A DNA stretch of 50,247 bases from Candidatus Parcubacteria bacterium (GTDB lineage Bacteria; Patescibacteriota; Minisyncoccia; Minisyncoccales; PEYH01), in NCBI GenBank assembly GCA_026395615.1, contig JAPLYH010000051.1, forward strand, positions 6,318 through 56,564, read 5' to 3'. Position numbers and translations under genes: made by a program. This document shows, piece by piece, positions 18,230 to 26,854 of this stretch. Under the pieces are notes generated by a model, which saw nothing but the letters and a program-made list of their open reading frames with translations, made no database searches and was not told the DNA's origin. Every line of letters begins with the position of its first letter. The first letter of the stretch is position 1.

Positions 18230-19927
18230 CTATTTTTCCGGGACAACTTGATAATAATCCAAAATGTATTTTGCCAATTTCTGGAAAACAAAAACTGCTG
18301 ATTCACTGGCACTCCTGGTTTTCGGACTATCTAATTTCACGGCTATTACAAACCTTGGAGAAAACGCAGGAGCAAAACCAATAAAGCTCTGCCAGGTCTC
18401 ATCACTATAACCCGCTTTATTTATGCCAAGAGAGGAAAAAGGAATTTGTGAAGTTCCGGTTTTCCCTGCAACATAATACCCAGGAACTTGGGCGTCCTTG
18501 CTATATCCGCTCTCCGTAACTGCGATAAGCATTTTTGTAAGATCTTCTGCTGTTTTAGAAGTGATGATTTGTTTTGCCGTTTTATTCGATTGCAACGGCT
18601 CTTTGCTTCCATTATTTACAATTGCTTCAGCCACATATGGCTGGATTAACTTGCCTTTATTGGCAATTACGCAAAAATCTCTTGCCACTTGCATTAAATT
18701 CATACTAATCCCCTGTCCAAAAGACGCGGTGGCGTAATTAATTTCCCAACCCTTTTTAAATTCCTGATTTTCCGAATAAACCTCTCCCCCTAAATCAATG
18801 CCGGTTTTGTCAAAAACCCCAAATTTTTCCAAATAATCAACAAATGTTTGGTGGCTCAATTGATTTTGAACGAATACTGCCCCGGTATTAATTGATTTTT
18901 CCAAAACTTGCGTCATTGTTGATTCTCCCCAAGTCCTATTATCATAATTAGTAATCACTTTATCCTTAATTACTAATCGCCCAACATCTATATAGGTTGT
19001 TTCTGGCGTAATTTTGCCCTCATTAAGAGCTGCTGCCATAGTCACTGCCTTAAAGGCAGAGCCCGGTTCGTAAAATGTCTGAATCGCGTTGTCTTGGAAT
19101 ACTCCGATTTGATTATTCTGAGCATATTCTTGATATTTATTAGGGTCAAAACCGGGGAAATCCGCTAGAGCTAAAACTTTTCCGGACGATGGTTCAATCA
19201 CGATTATTTGCGCTGATTGAAATTTAAAATCTGTTGAATAATCTTTTAATACTTTTTCTGCAAATGCTTGAATATTTTTATCAATGGTCAAAACTAAATC
19301 TGCCCCCCTTATTGAACCTTCATTATTGCTATCCGTGGATTTGCCAAAAGGACCATAGGATATTTTTTGCCATCCCTCCTGCCCTGCTAACACGTCGTTC
19401 CAATATTCTTCTACCCCATATTGCCCTTCTCCGCTTTGATTTACAAAACCCAACACATCCGAAGCAAGCGCTCCAAACGGATAAAAACGCTTGCGCTCTT
19501 GATCTAAATAAACTCCTTCCATATTTAACTCTTGTATTTTTTGTTTTTCTTCTTCGGAAATATTTCTTTTTACAAGGAAAAAGAGCTTATCGCTGTTACT
19601 ATTAATATTATTTAATAATTCATTTTTATCTACAGACAATGCCGGACTTAACAGCTCTGCCACTCTTTCTTTGTCTTCAATCATTTTTGGAGCCACATAA
19701 CAAAACCAGCTTTCTTCATTAGTAGCTGCGAGAACTATATTATCTTTATCATATAAAAAAATATCCCCTCTTGTTCCGGATATTTGTTGAAAAATCTCTT
19801 GGTGTCCCTTTGCCAGAGCCCTATAAAGCTCGCCGTTCATAACTTGAAGAAAAAATAAACGGGCAATAATAGTTGCTCCAATAAGAAAAATAAAAAAATA
19901 AACAATGTTAATTCTTGGAAATTTCAT
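18230..19927 (-). CDS. Class B penicillin-binding protein (FtsI/PBP2 family transpeptidase)
   Basis: EPGSAFK (SxxK), KSIN (SxN), GKTGT; located in the mraZ-rsmH cluster. Confidence 0.93.
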   Translation of the reverse strand: MKFPRINIVYFFIFLIGATIIARLFFLQVMNGELYRALAKGHQEIFQQISGTRGDIFLYDKDNIVLAATNEESWFCYVAPKMIEDKERVAELLSPALSVDKNELLNNINSNSDKLFFLVKRNISEEEKQKIQELNMEGVYLDQERKRFYPFGALASDVLGFVNQSGEGQYGVEEYWNDVLAGQEGWQKISYGPFGKSTDSNNEGSIRGADLVLTIDKNIQAFAEKVLKDYSTDFKFQSAQIIVIEPSSGKVLALADFPGFDPNKYQEYAQNNQIGVFQDNAIQTFYEPGSAFKAVTMAAALNEGKITPETTYIDVGRLVIKDKVITNYDNRTWGESTMTQVLEKSINTGAVFVQNQLSHQTFVDYLEKFGVFDKTGIDLGGEVYSENQEFKKGWEINYATASFGQGISMNLMQVARDFCVIANKGKLIQPYVAEAIVNNGSKEPLQSNKTAKQIITSKTAEDLTKMLIAVTESGYSKDAQVPGYYVAGKTGTSQIPFSSLGINKAGYSDETWQSFIGFAPAFSPRFVIAVKLDSPKTRSASESAVFVFQKLAKYILDYYQVVPEK

Positions 19928-19937
19928 TTTGAGAATT

Positions 19938-20258
19938 TCACTTTGCCAATGCTGTTCTTCCCGCTGCTCTGATATAGTGGACTTTATCTATTCTTTCAAA
20001 ATTTAAATCTTGGGCTACTTTATCAATTTCCGGCATTTCTTTTGCAGATACCAAAACTGCTTCTTCTGCATTGGCCGTCGGAAGTCCGGCTAACTTATTT
20101 TGGACCTCGGAAACCAAAATGCTATTTCGCGACAAAGATTGCATTTGAAGAACCCATATCGCAAACAACCCTATAATTGAAAAGATAGATAAACCCCAAA
20201 TAATCTTAAAATTCATTTTGAACGAATTTCTTGAAATTTTTTGAATCCTGACTGTCAT
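19938..20258 (-). CDS. Small bitopic membrane protein, FtsL-like by position
   Basis: Single TM plus coiled coil between rsmH and the PBP gene. Confidence 0.55.
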   Translation of the reverse strand: MTVRIQKISRNSFKMNFKIIWGLSIFSIIGLFAIWVLQMQSLSRNSILVSEVQNKLAGLPTANAEEAVLVSAKEMPEIDKVAQDLNFERIDKVHYIRAAGRTALAK

Positions 20259-21160
20259 ATAATTTTTCTGGCTATTCTTAATTTTGCCGACCTTGAGCGA
20301 GGATTATTACTGATTTCTTCAAAACCCGGAACTATAGGTTTTTTGGTAATGATTTCAAAAATGTTTATTTCCTGACATCTCTTGAAAAATCTTTTCACTT
20401 CCCCGTCTTCTAAAGAATGAAATGATATCACTGCGATTCTCCCATCCTTTCCTAAAACTTCTGCTGCTTGAATCAATCCTTTTTTTACGTTCTCAATCTC
20501 TGAATTAACGGCTATCCTTAATGCCTGGAATGTTTTGGTTGCAGGATGAAGTTTTTTTCTTTGAAAACGCCCGGGAAGAGCTGACCAAATAATTTCTACT
20601 AAATCAAATGTCGTACGAATCGGTTTTTCTTGTCTTTTCTCAATTATTTTTTTAGCAATCGCTCTGGAAAACTTTTCCTCGCCGTAGTCCTTTAAAATCT
20701 TTTCTATATCTTCTTCTGTATAACTATTCACTATTTCAAGCGCAGTCAAAGAATTAATCTGGGGATTATATCTCATATCCAGCGGTTCATCTTCTTTGAA
20801 AGAGAATCCCCTTCCGCTTTCCTCAAAATGCCAGCTGGACAGGCCTAAGTCCATCACAATTCCGTTTACTGGACCGAAATTTTTCTCTGCAATTATATTT
20901 TTAAGGTTTATATAAGAATCATTCACTAAAATCAATCTGTTCTGGATCTTGGATTTTGAATTCTCATCTCCGCCTTCCTGTTGAAACTTATTGTAAAGTT
21001 CCGGATCCGCTTCTATGGCCAACACTTTCCCGTTCGGTTCTATCGCATCTAATAAAGCGAGCGTATGCCCTCCTTGCCCGAAAGTACAATCAATAAAATT
21101 CTCGTTTGGTTTGGGATTAAGATATTCTATGATTTCTTTTTTAAGTACTGGTATGTGCAT
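20255..21160 (-). CDS. rsmH: 16S rRNA m4C1402 methyltransferase
   Basis: MHIPVL, DCTFGQGGH, DLGLSS, PLDMR, ISFHSLED, NPRSRSAKLR. Confidence 0.97.
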   Translation of the reverse strand: MHIPVLKKEIIEYLNPKPNENFIDCTFGQGGHTLALLDAIEPNGKVLAIEADPELYNKFQQEGGDENSKSKIQNRLILVNDSYINLKNIIAEKNFGPVNGIVMDLGLSSWHFEESGRGFSFKEDEPLDMRYNPQINSLTALEIVNSYTEEDIEKILKDYGEEKFSRAIAKKIIEKRQEKPIRTTFDLVEIIWSALPGRFQRKKLHPATKTFQALRIAVNSEIENVKKGLIQAAEVLGKDGRIAVISFHSLEDGEVKRFFKRCQEINIFEIITKKPIVPGFEEISNNPRSRSAKLRIARKII

Positions 21161-21180
21161 CTTTTTCTCCTGTGTTTATT

Positions 21181-21612
21181 TTAGAATCCAACTTCTGTTA
21201 ATCGCTCTGCCATATCTTCCATTCCTTTTTCAGATTTTTGGGTATAACTCTTCCATTTTGCTTCGTCCCAAATTTCCACTCTATTGGAAATGCCGGCAAT
21301 AATTGTTTGCTTTTTTAAGCCAGCATATTTTTTTAAATAATCCGGGACCAATATTCTGCCCAAAGAATCAATTGCCACTTCAGTCGCTCCGGCAAGCATA
21401 AAACGTGAGAATCCCCTTGCATCGGCTTTCTGAAACGGAAGTTCACTTAAACGTTTAGCTAATTTTTCCCATTCGTTTACGGAAAAAAGAAAAAGACAGT
21501 TGTCCAGTCCCCTGGTAATAACTGCCTTGTTTCCTAAAGACTTTCTAAGTTTAGCCGGTATGCCTAACCGTCTTTTTGTATCTAATGAATATGTGTATTC
21601 GCCGATAAACAT
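21181..21612 (-). CDS. mraZ: Division/cell wall cluster transcriptional repressor MraZ (143 aa)
   Basis: MFIGEYTYSLDTKRRLGIP, DSLGRILVP, RVEIW; true start is the ATG at 21612, not 21918. Confidence 0.96.
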   Translation of the reverse strand: MFIGEYTYSLDTKRRLGIPAKLRKSLGNKAVITRGLDNCLFLFSVNEWEKLAKRLSELPFQKADARGFSRFMLAGATEVAIDSLGRILVPDYLKKYAGLKKQTIIAGISNRVEIWDEAKWKSYTQKSEKGMEDMAERLTEVGF

Positions 21613-21688
21613 GATAATAAATGGGAAAAATGAGATATTATGTATAATTTTCAGTTTTTGAGTTATCCCCAGTTCCTGAAAGTTATCC

Positions 21689-21744
21689 CCACCTTTCTCC
21701 ACAACATCTTCTTTATACCCCACAATTAACCACCAGTCAACCAC
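21689..21744 (-). promoter_or_regulatory. MraZ-type GTGG(G) repeats over the mraZ promoter
   Basis: CCAC on + strand at 21689, 21699, 21720, 21730 and 21741 (spacing 10, 21, 10, 11); MraZ is known to bind phased GTGGG repeats in its own promoter. Confidence 0.75.
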
Positions 21745-21779
21745 TCCCCTGTGGAAAACTTTTTCGCAGATTCTCGCTA

Positions 21780-21822
21780 TTGACTTTTCTCCATAATTAT
21801 AGTAATATTTTTTATAAGGAGG
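21780..21822 (+). promoter_or_regulatory. sigma70-type promoter and SD of GC-rich islet 2
   Basis: TTGACT-17nt-TAATAT, AAGGAGG 7 nt before ATG 21830. Confidence 0.7.
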
Positions 21823-21829
21823 GATATCA

Positions 21830-22042
21830 ATGAACGAGTTGTTCAAACGATGCAAGACAGTGGAGATCAAGGAAGACGAAAAGCTCAACATGAGATACTG
21901 CGGGGCGAATGTCTTCACGGGCTATCCGTCTTGGATCACAAAGATGCTACCAGAAAGACTAGAGGCCAAAGGCCTCAAGATCATCGCAGCCGTACGAAGC
22001 GAAAAAGGAAGTTGTAGCGTTTTCGTTGATCTCGCCGATTAG
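21830..22042 (+). CDS. Small GC-rich orphan protein (70 aa)
   Basis: Own promoter, strong SD and downstream terminator; no recognisable family. Confidence 0.7.
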   Translation: MNELFKRCKTVEIKEDEKLNMRYCGANVFTGYPSWITKMLPERLEAKGLKIIAAVRSEKGSCSVFVDLAD

Positions 22043-22065
22043 GAGAGTCGGCTCGGCAGTGCGGG

Positions 22066-22104
22066 GCGGAGGATTCTTGCGAATCCCCGCTCTTTCTTTT
22101 TTTT
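22066..22104 (+). terminator. Intrinsic terminator of islet 2
   Basis: GCGGAGGATTC-TTGC-GAATCCCCGC followed by a long T tract. Confidence 0.8.
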
Positions 22105-22123
22105 AAAAAACAAAAAACACATC

Positions 22124-22163
22124 CAAAACAAAAAATATGCCAACTGGCATATTTTTTGTTTTG
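22124..22163. terminator. 19-bp perfect inverted repeat downstream of the Cys-rich gene
   Basis: CAAAACAAAAAATATGCCA-AC-TGGCATATTTTTTGTTTTG. Confidence 0.7.
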
Positions 22164-22178
22164 AAATTCTTTAAATTT

Positions 22179-25100
22179 TTATAGTCGCACTAACTCTGCT
22201 TCTCTTTTTTTCTTAAGCCAATGATAACCAGCGAAAGAAAGTATGCCAGCTAATATCAAGATAAATAATATTACCAACCAGAATGCCAAACTGCCAATTA
22301 CTTTAACTATCTGGCCAAAGATTGATCCAGCTGCCGCAGCTCCCTGCACTCCATTTAAAATTTCTATATTAACACTGTCACTTGTTGTTTTATCTCCGCC
22401 ATAGTTAACGGTGCTAAGATTACTTAAGTAAGTTGTCCCCATGGTGAACTCGGTAGCATTGGCAACCTTAGCGTCAAAGCTTATATATTTTGATTGTTTT
22501 GAAGCTAAAGTTCCTAAATTAAGTCCGGCTGCGATATTGCCCACAAAAGGAGAATCATCCACTTTCAAATTGCCTAAATAATTAATATTTGCCGGTAAAA
22601 GATTTTCAAGATTAACATCGCCAACCGGGTCATTACTGGAAGATGCCACTATCACCAAGAAAGAAAGTTTTTCTCCCGGTGATGCTGATATAGTTTTTTT
22701 CCAACCTTCATTAAGTCCTGTTTTATTTGCCAAAACAGATACTGCTACAGTATTAGTTGCCGGAAGTTTTACGTCAACAGGACAAGCGCAAAATGTTTCA
22801 TCGCAATTTGCTATTCCGTCTCCGCAATGCTGACAACTTGAACAATAATCAGCGGAGTCCTTGCTGCAGGTTGTGCCATCGCATTTCAAACTATTGTAGC
22901 ACTTATTTCCATCACAACCGTCTAATGTACAAGAATTAGTATCTGCGCATTCCATATACTTGCTTAATCTGTCCCCCGAATTATTATACCAATAAACATC
23001 ATTATCATAGCATTGCCTAACTTGAGTTATCGGAGTTGTTGAACAAGTAGAATTATAGTTACAGGTTGAATCGCCATTAGAACAAGTTTCATTGGTTGAA
23101 CAATAATCAGCTACTATCCAGGAAGACCAATCTCCCCAGCTACCCAAATTGCCATCGCACTGATTACTATTTCCAGAGCAATATTGAAATCTTATTCTAG
23201 TGCTTTGGCCGACATCAGCTCCGCAACCATCTCCCCAGACACAACTATATTTCGTATCTGACTCGCTTTTGCAAACAGAGCTTGAACTTTTATAGTTTCT
23301 CCCATCACAACAAGGACCAGAAGTACACTGTTGTTGTTGTACACATTGTCCATTGCTACAAATTTCATTACCGCTGCATGTTCTTACAAAACTTTTTTCC
23401 GTACTTGAATTATTGAAACATGCTCCACCTGAACATCCCCTATCATAACAAGTTCTTTCTTTATAAATACTATTTCCTAAACAATAATTAGATCCCCAAG
23501 ATGTGCAGGAATCAGAACCGCAATCTTCATAAATATCTTGCCTGCTGCTATTGGAATCATACCAATAAACATCGCTGGCATAACATAATTTATAATCGTG
23601 ATTTATATAATTGCAATTATTACAATTACCATTGTTACAATTATTATTATTACAACTATTACAACTGGTGCATCCGCAACTTGAATCATTGTTACAAGTA
23701 TACTCGGCTACTCCACCTGAACAATACCAACTTGGTCTTTGATTATCATTGCAATCTCCATAGCCGCAATATGTAGAGCCTAATATGCTCTCTGCTGAAG
23801 ACCACTCTAAACAAGAATCAGAATCATAATTTCCGCAAGTTTGTTTACGAGAACTATCATAACATCTCACTTGCCCAGAATAAGCGCATTCGCTTTGACA
23901 TGATTGCCCGCAATCTTGTGAACAATTATATTGCGTTTCGCCACATTCAGAATTACAAACTCCGTTTCCGCAAGAATAACATTGTGAGGAACAAGAGGAA
24001 TCATTATAAGAACAGGTCCCACCTGAACAGAAATAATCTCTGCGAGTGCTCCCATTACAAGTGTCAGTTCCACAACTTTCCGGACTTGACCATTCTAAAC
24101 AAGAATCAGAATCATAATTTCCGCAGATTTTTCTAGAACCATTATCATTACAAGTTGTTTGTCCAGAAATAGCACACTCATCTTGGCAGGTTGGTTGATT
24201 GCAACTGGAATCAGCCGTACACCTTGATTCGCTTTGAGTATTACAACCGCTTGGATTACAAGTTCTTGTTCGTGTTTGGTACATCTGCCCAGAACTGCAC
24301 CCGCTTTGAGCGCATCCTTGATTATTCCAAGAACCCCAATCACCGCATTGACAAGTAGTTATACATTGACCGTTGCTACAGGTTTTTCCTAATGCTAAAC
24401 AATCCTGATAATTTTCCCATTGATTTTGGGCAGTACAGGCAGCGCTTGAACATCCTCTTACAACCTTTTGCCTTTGAACCATATTTCCAGAGCATTGATA
24501 ATTGTCTGTCCAGGAATCACTACCGCATTCATCATATTTATCTTCTCTTGCGCTGCAAGAGTTATACCAATAAACATCGCTGTCATAACAGGATTTAGAA
24601 TTATGGGTTGTGCATTCAGTTACGCAATTGCCGTTCTGGCAAACTTGGCCGGAACCGCAGCTTGTAGCCGTAGACCATTCCAAACAGGTATCGCAATCGT
24701 AATTGCCACAAGTTTTGTAACTGGCATTACCAGAGCAAGTCTTTTGTCCGAGATATGAACATTCATCAGCACTGCAAGATGGACAAGTTGAAACACATTG
24801 TGCGTTTTGACAAGTTTTTCCACTTGCAGAACAATCCTGATAATTTTCCCATTGATTGTAATCGTAGCAAGAAGAACCGGAACAGCCTTTTTTGTCTTTT
24901 TGTCTTTGAATCCAATCCCCTGAACATTGATAATTATTCGTCCAAGAATCAGAACCACAATCCTGACTGGTACTCCAGGATGCATTAGTAAAACAAGCAG
25001 AGCCAGAACAGCCTTTATCTACCCACTTTCTTTGAAGAGTGCTACCCGAACATTGATAATCACTGGTCCAACCGCTGTCCCCGCATTCACTGAATTTATC

Positions 25101-25487
25101 TTCTCTTGCGCTGCAAGAGTTATACCAATAAACATCACTGTCGTAACAGGATTTAGAATTATGGGTTATACATTCAGTAACACAATTTCCGTTCTGGCAA
25201 ACTTGGCCGGAACCGCAGCTTGTAGCTGTAGACCATTCTAAACAGGTATCACAGTCGTAGTTGCCGCAAGTTCTATAATAAGTACTGTTAGAGCAGGTTT
25301 TTTGGCCATAATACGAACATTCGTCGGAGCAAGTTGGATTTGGAATACACTCTCCATATACTAAATATTTCCCCGAATCATTGTTAGCTTTACCAATAGA
25401 GGCAAAATCAGCCTTTAAAAAAGGTTGAATCAAAATAGCTAATGAAAAAAGAGTGAAAGCAATAAAAAATATTGTTAATTTCTTCAT
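22179..25487 (-). CDS. Large Cys-rich cell-surface protein with internal repeats, DUF11-like domain and C-terminal TM anchor
   Basis: Signal peptide; repeated CGNYD.D.CLEWS and CYDSDVYWYNS units; LENLLPANINY..GNL DUF11-like segment; hydrophobic C-terminus with basic tail. Confidence 0.85.
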   Translation of the reverse strand: MKKLTIFFIAFTLFSLAILIQPFLKADFASIGKANNDSGKYLVYGECIPNPTCSDECSYYGQKTCSNSTYYRTCGNYDCDTCLEWSTATSCGSGQVCQNGNCVTECITHNSKSCYDSDVYWYNSCSAREDKFSECGDSGWTSDYQCSGSTLQRKWVDKGCSGSACFTNASWSTSQDCGSDSWTNNYQCSGDWIQRQKDKKGCSGSSCYDYNQWENYQDCSASGKTCQNAQCVSTCPSCSADECSYLGQKTCSGNASYKTCGNYDCDTCLEWSTATSCGSGQVCQNGNCVTECTTHNSKSCYDSDVYWYNSCSAREDKYDECGSDSWTDNYQCSGNMVQRQKVVRGCSSAACTAQNQWENYQDCLALGKTCSNGQCITTCQCGDWGSWNNQGCAQSGCSSGQMYQTRTRTCNPSGCNTQSESRCTADSSCNQPTCQDECAISGQTTCNDNGSRKICGNYDSDSCLEWSSPESCGTDTCNGSTRRDYFCSGGTCSYNDSSCSSQCYSCGNGVCNSECGETQYNCSQDCGQSCQSECAYSGQVRCYDSSRKQTCGNYDSDSCLEWSSAESILGSTYCGYGDCNDNQRPSWYCSGGVAEYTCNNDSSCGCTSCNSCNNNNCNNGNCNNCNYINHDYKLCYASDVYWYDSNSSRQDIYEDCGSDSCTSWGSNYCLGNSIYKERTCYDRGCSGGACFNNSSTEKSFVRTCSGNEICSNGQCVQQQQCTSGPCCDGRNYKSSSSVCKSESDTKYSCVWGDGCGADVGQSTRIRFQYCSGNSNQCDGNLGSWGDWSSWIVADYCSTNETCSNGDSTCNYNSTCSTTPITQVRQCYDNDVYWYNNSGDRLSKYMECADTNSCTLDGCDGNKCYNSLKCDGTTCSKDSADYCSSCQHCGDGIANCDETFCACPVDVKLPATNTVAVSVLANKTGLNEGWKKTISASPGEKLSFLVIVASSSNDPVGDVNLENLLPANINYLGNLKVDDSPFVGNIAAGLNLGTLASKQSKYISFDAKVANATEFTMGTTYLSNLSTVNYGGDKTTSDSVNIEILNGVQGAAAAGSIFGQIVKVIGSLAFWLVILFILILAGILSFAGYHWLKKKREAELVRL
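24540..25272. repeat. Intragenic duplication (24540-24714 vs 25098-25272, period 558 nt)
   Basis: Near-identical peptide TCGNYDCDTCLEWSTATSCGSGQVCQNGNCVTEC.THNSKSCYDSDVYWYNSCSAREDK; differences mostly synonymous. Confidence 0.9.
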
Positions 25488-25610
25488 ATTTTTGGCGTTG
25501 TAACTCGCTATTAAATTTAATCTAACTCTACATTATTTAACTAGTTTTGTCAATAGATTTATTTAGTTTACGCCGATGGAAAAAGATTGTCAATATAGTA
25601 TTAGGCCATT

Positions 25611-25648
25611 AAAAAACAAAAGCGGACATCGTCCGCGTTTGTTTTTTA
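25611..25648. terminator. Intrinsic terminator
   Basis: AAAAAACAAAAGCGGAC-ATC-GTCCGCGTTTGTTTTTT. Confidence 0.75.
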
Positions 25649-25677
25649 AATGGATTAACTACCATTATTTCTATGAA

Positions 25678-26817
25678 TTACGCTATGTGATTAAACTCAT
25701 TAGTACTCGTCCCACCTCCCATCATCCATATCTGGAAAAACGGCATTAATAATTCTATAAGATTATCAGATTTTTCCGGCGCACTTATTTCTTGTGTCTG
25801 GTTAAACTCTGAAAAGGCCATTTCAAATCCCAAAGCCATTCCTCCGGTTTGAGTATCATCGGCGCTAAGAGCATAAACATTCTTATCTGTCTTAATTTTA
25901 TAAATATATTTGTCTTTTGTTCCTATCCATATTTCAAACTCTATCTCCCCCGCTTTATCAAAAAAGTTATCTAATTGAGCAACACTCTGATCTTCATCTG
26001 CTGACAATGGTTCCGAGATCAATGAACCAAGTTTAGTACGAACAATATCACGAACTCCTAATATAAATTTCTTAGCGTTTTCTTTATCTACGGTTAATAA
26101 AAAATGATATGCCTGATTATTATTTATCTTTTCATTGGGTAATTTTGCCTTTGTTTTGAATACCGGATATTTTTCAAAAAGTCCCAATATTTCATTCGTA
26201 AGTTCTTGACTTGCTTGCTCATCCATCGTCATTGCCTCTAGACTAAGACCTGCTTCCTTAGGGTCAAATCTAAGCCACTTTCCTATGAATGGATCTAAAT
26301 TGATTCCAGTTGCAGCTAATTGAATACGAAGGACCAAGGGAACAGTAGTGATATTGAGATAAAATACTTTATCTACTACTCTAATCTCTCCCCCAAAAAG
26401 TACTTCCAATCCCTTTTGAACAATAGAAAGATCAACTAAAATCTTTGACTTGGGATTCTCGGGATCTGAATTGTTCTCAAATATATCAAAAACCATCTTT
26501 CCTTCCGCTTTTTCTCCTGAGCTGCTCGGAACATCAAAGTTAACGGTAAATTTAGTCCTTACACTCTCCAGCTTAGACATATTCTCCAGCGCTTCTTTTA
26601 TAATTTTATTAGGAGAAGGCCTTAATGGATTCCAAACAGGGTCCCATATTCCTGTAGCAAAAACAACGCCGATACCTATAATAATCACTATTAAACCAAT
26701 AGCTATCCCTATAAGCACTTTTTTCTTGCTTTTCGGTTTTACTGATGGCTTTTGAGGAAACTCACTAACCTGACTTATTGTCCCTCCCATAGCTGAATTT
26801 TGATTTTGCTCTTCCAT
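25678..26817 (-). CDS. Membrane-anchored extracytoplasmic hypothetical protein (LppX/LolA-like beta-rich fold suspected)
   Basis: N-terminal TM; EIWIGTKDKYIYKI and FSEFNQTQEISAP patterns. Confidence 0.6.
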   Translation of the reverse strand: MEEQNQNSAMGGTISQVSEFPQKPSVKPKSKKKVLIGIAIGLIVIIIGIGVVFATGIWDPVWNPLRPSPNKIIKEALENMSKLESVRTKFTVNFDVPSSSGEKAEGKMVFDIFENNSDPENPKSKILVDLSIVQKGLEVLFGGEIRVVDKVFYLNITTVPLVLRIQLAATGINLDPFIGKWLRFDPKEAGLSLEAMTMDEQASQELTNEILGLFEKYPVFKTKAKLPNEKINNNQAYHFLLTVDKENAKKFILGVRDIVRTKLGSLISEPLSADEDQSVAQLDNFFDKAGEIEFEIWIGTKDKYIYKIKTDKNVYALSADDTQTGGMALGFEMAFSEFNQTQEISAPEKSDNLIELLMPFFQIWMMGGGTSTNEFNHIA

Positions 26818-26854
26818 AATATTTAATAATTATTGATTAATAATTATTGATTAA

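Noticed and set aside
21661..21760. Replication origin
   Set aside because: Only one good and a few degenerate DnaA-like boxes; phased GTGG MraZ sites explain the pattern, and there is no dnaA/dnaN nearby
21613..21918. 102-aa N-terminal extension of MraZ in the ORF track
   Set aside because: It runs through the promoter, the MraZ boxes and the opposite-strand islet; the family start MFIGEY is at 21612
24540..25272. DGR-type repeat pair in the Cys-rich gene
   Set aside because: Differences are mostly synonymous third-position changes, so this is an ordinary in-frame domain duplication
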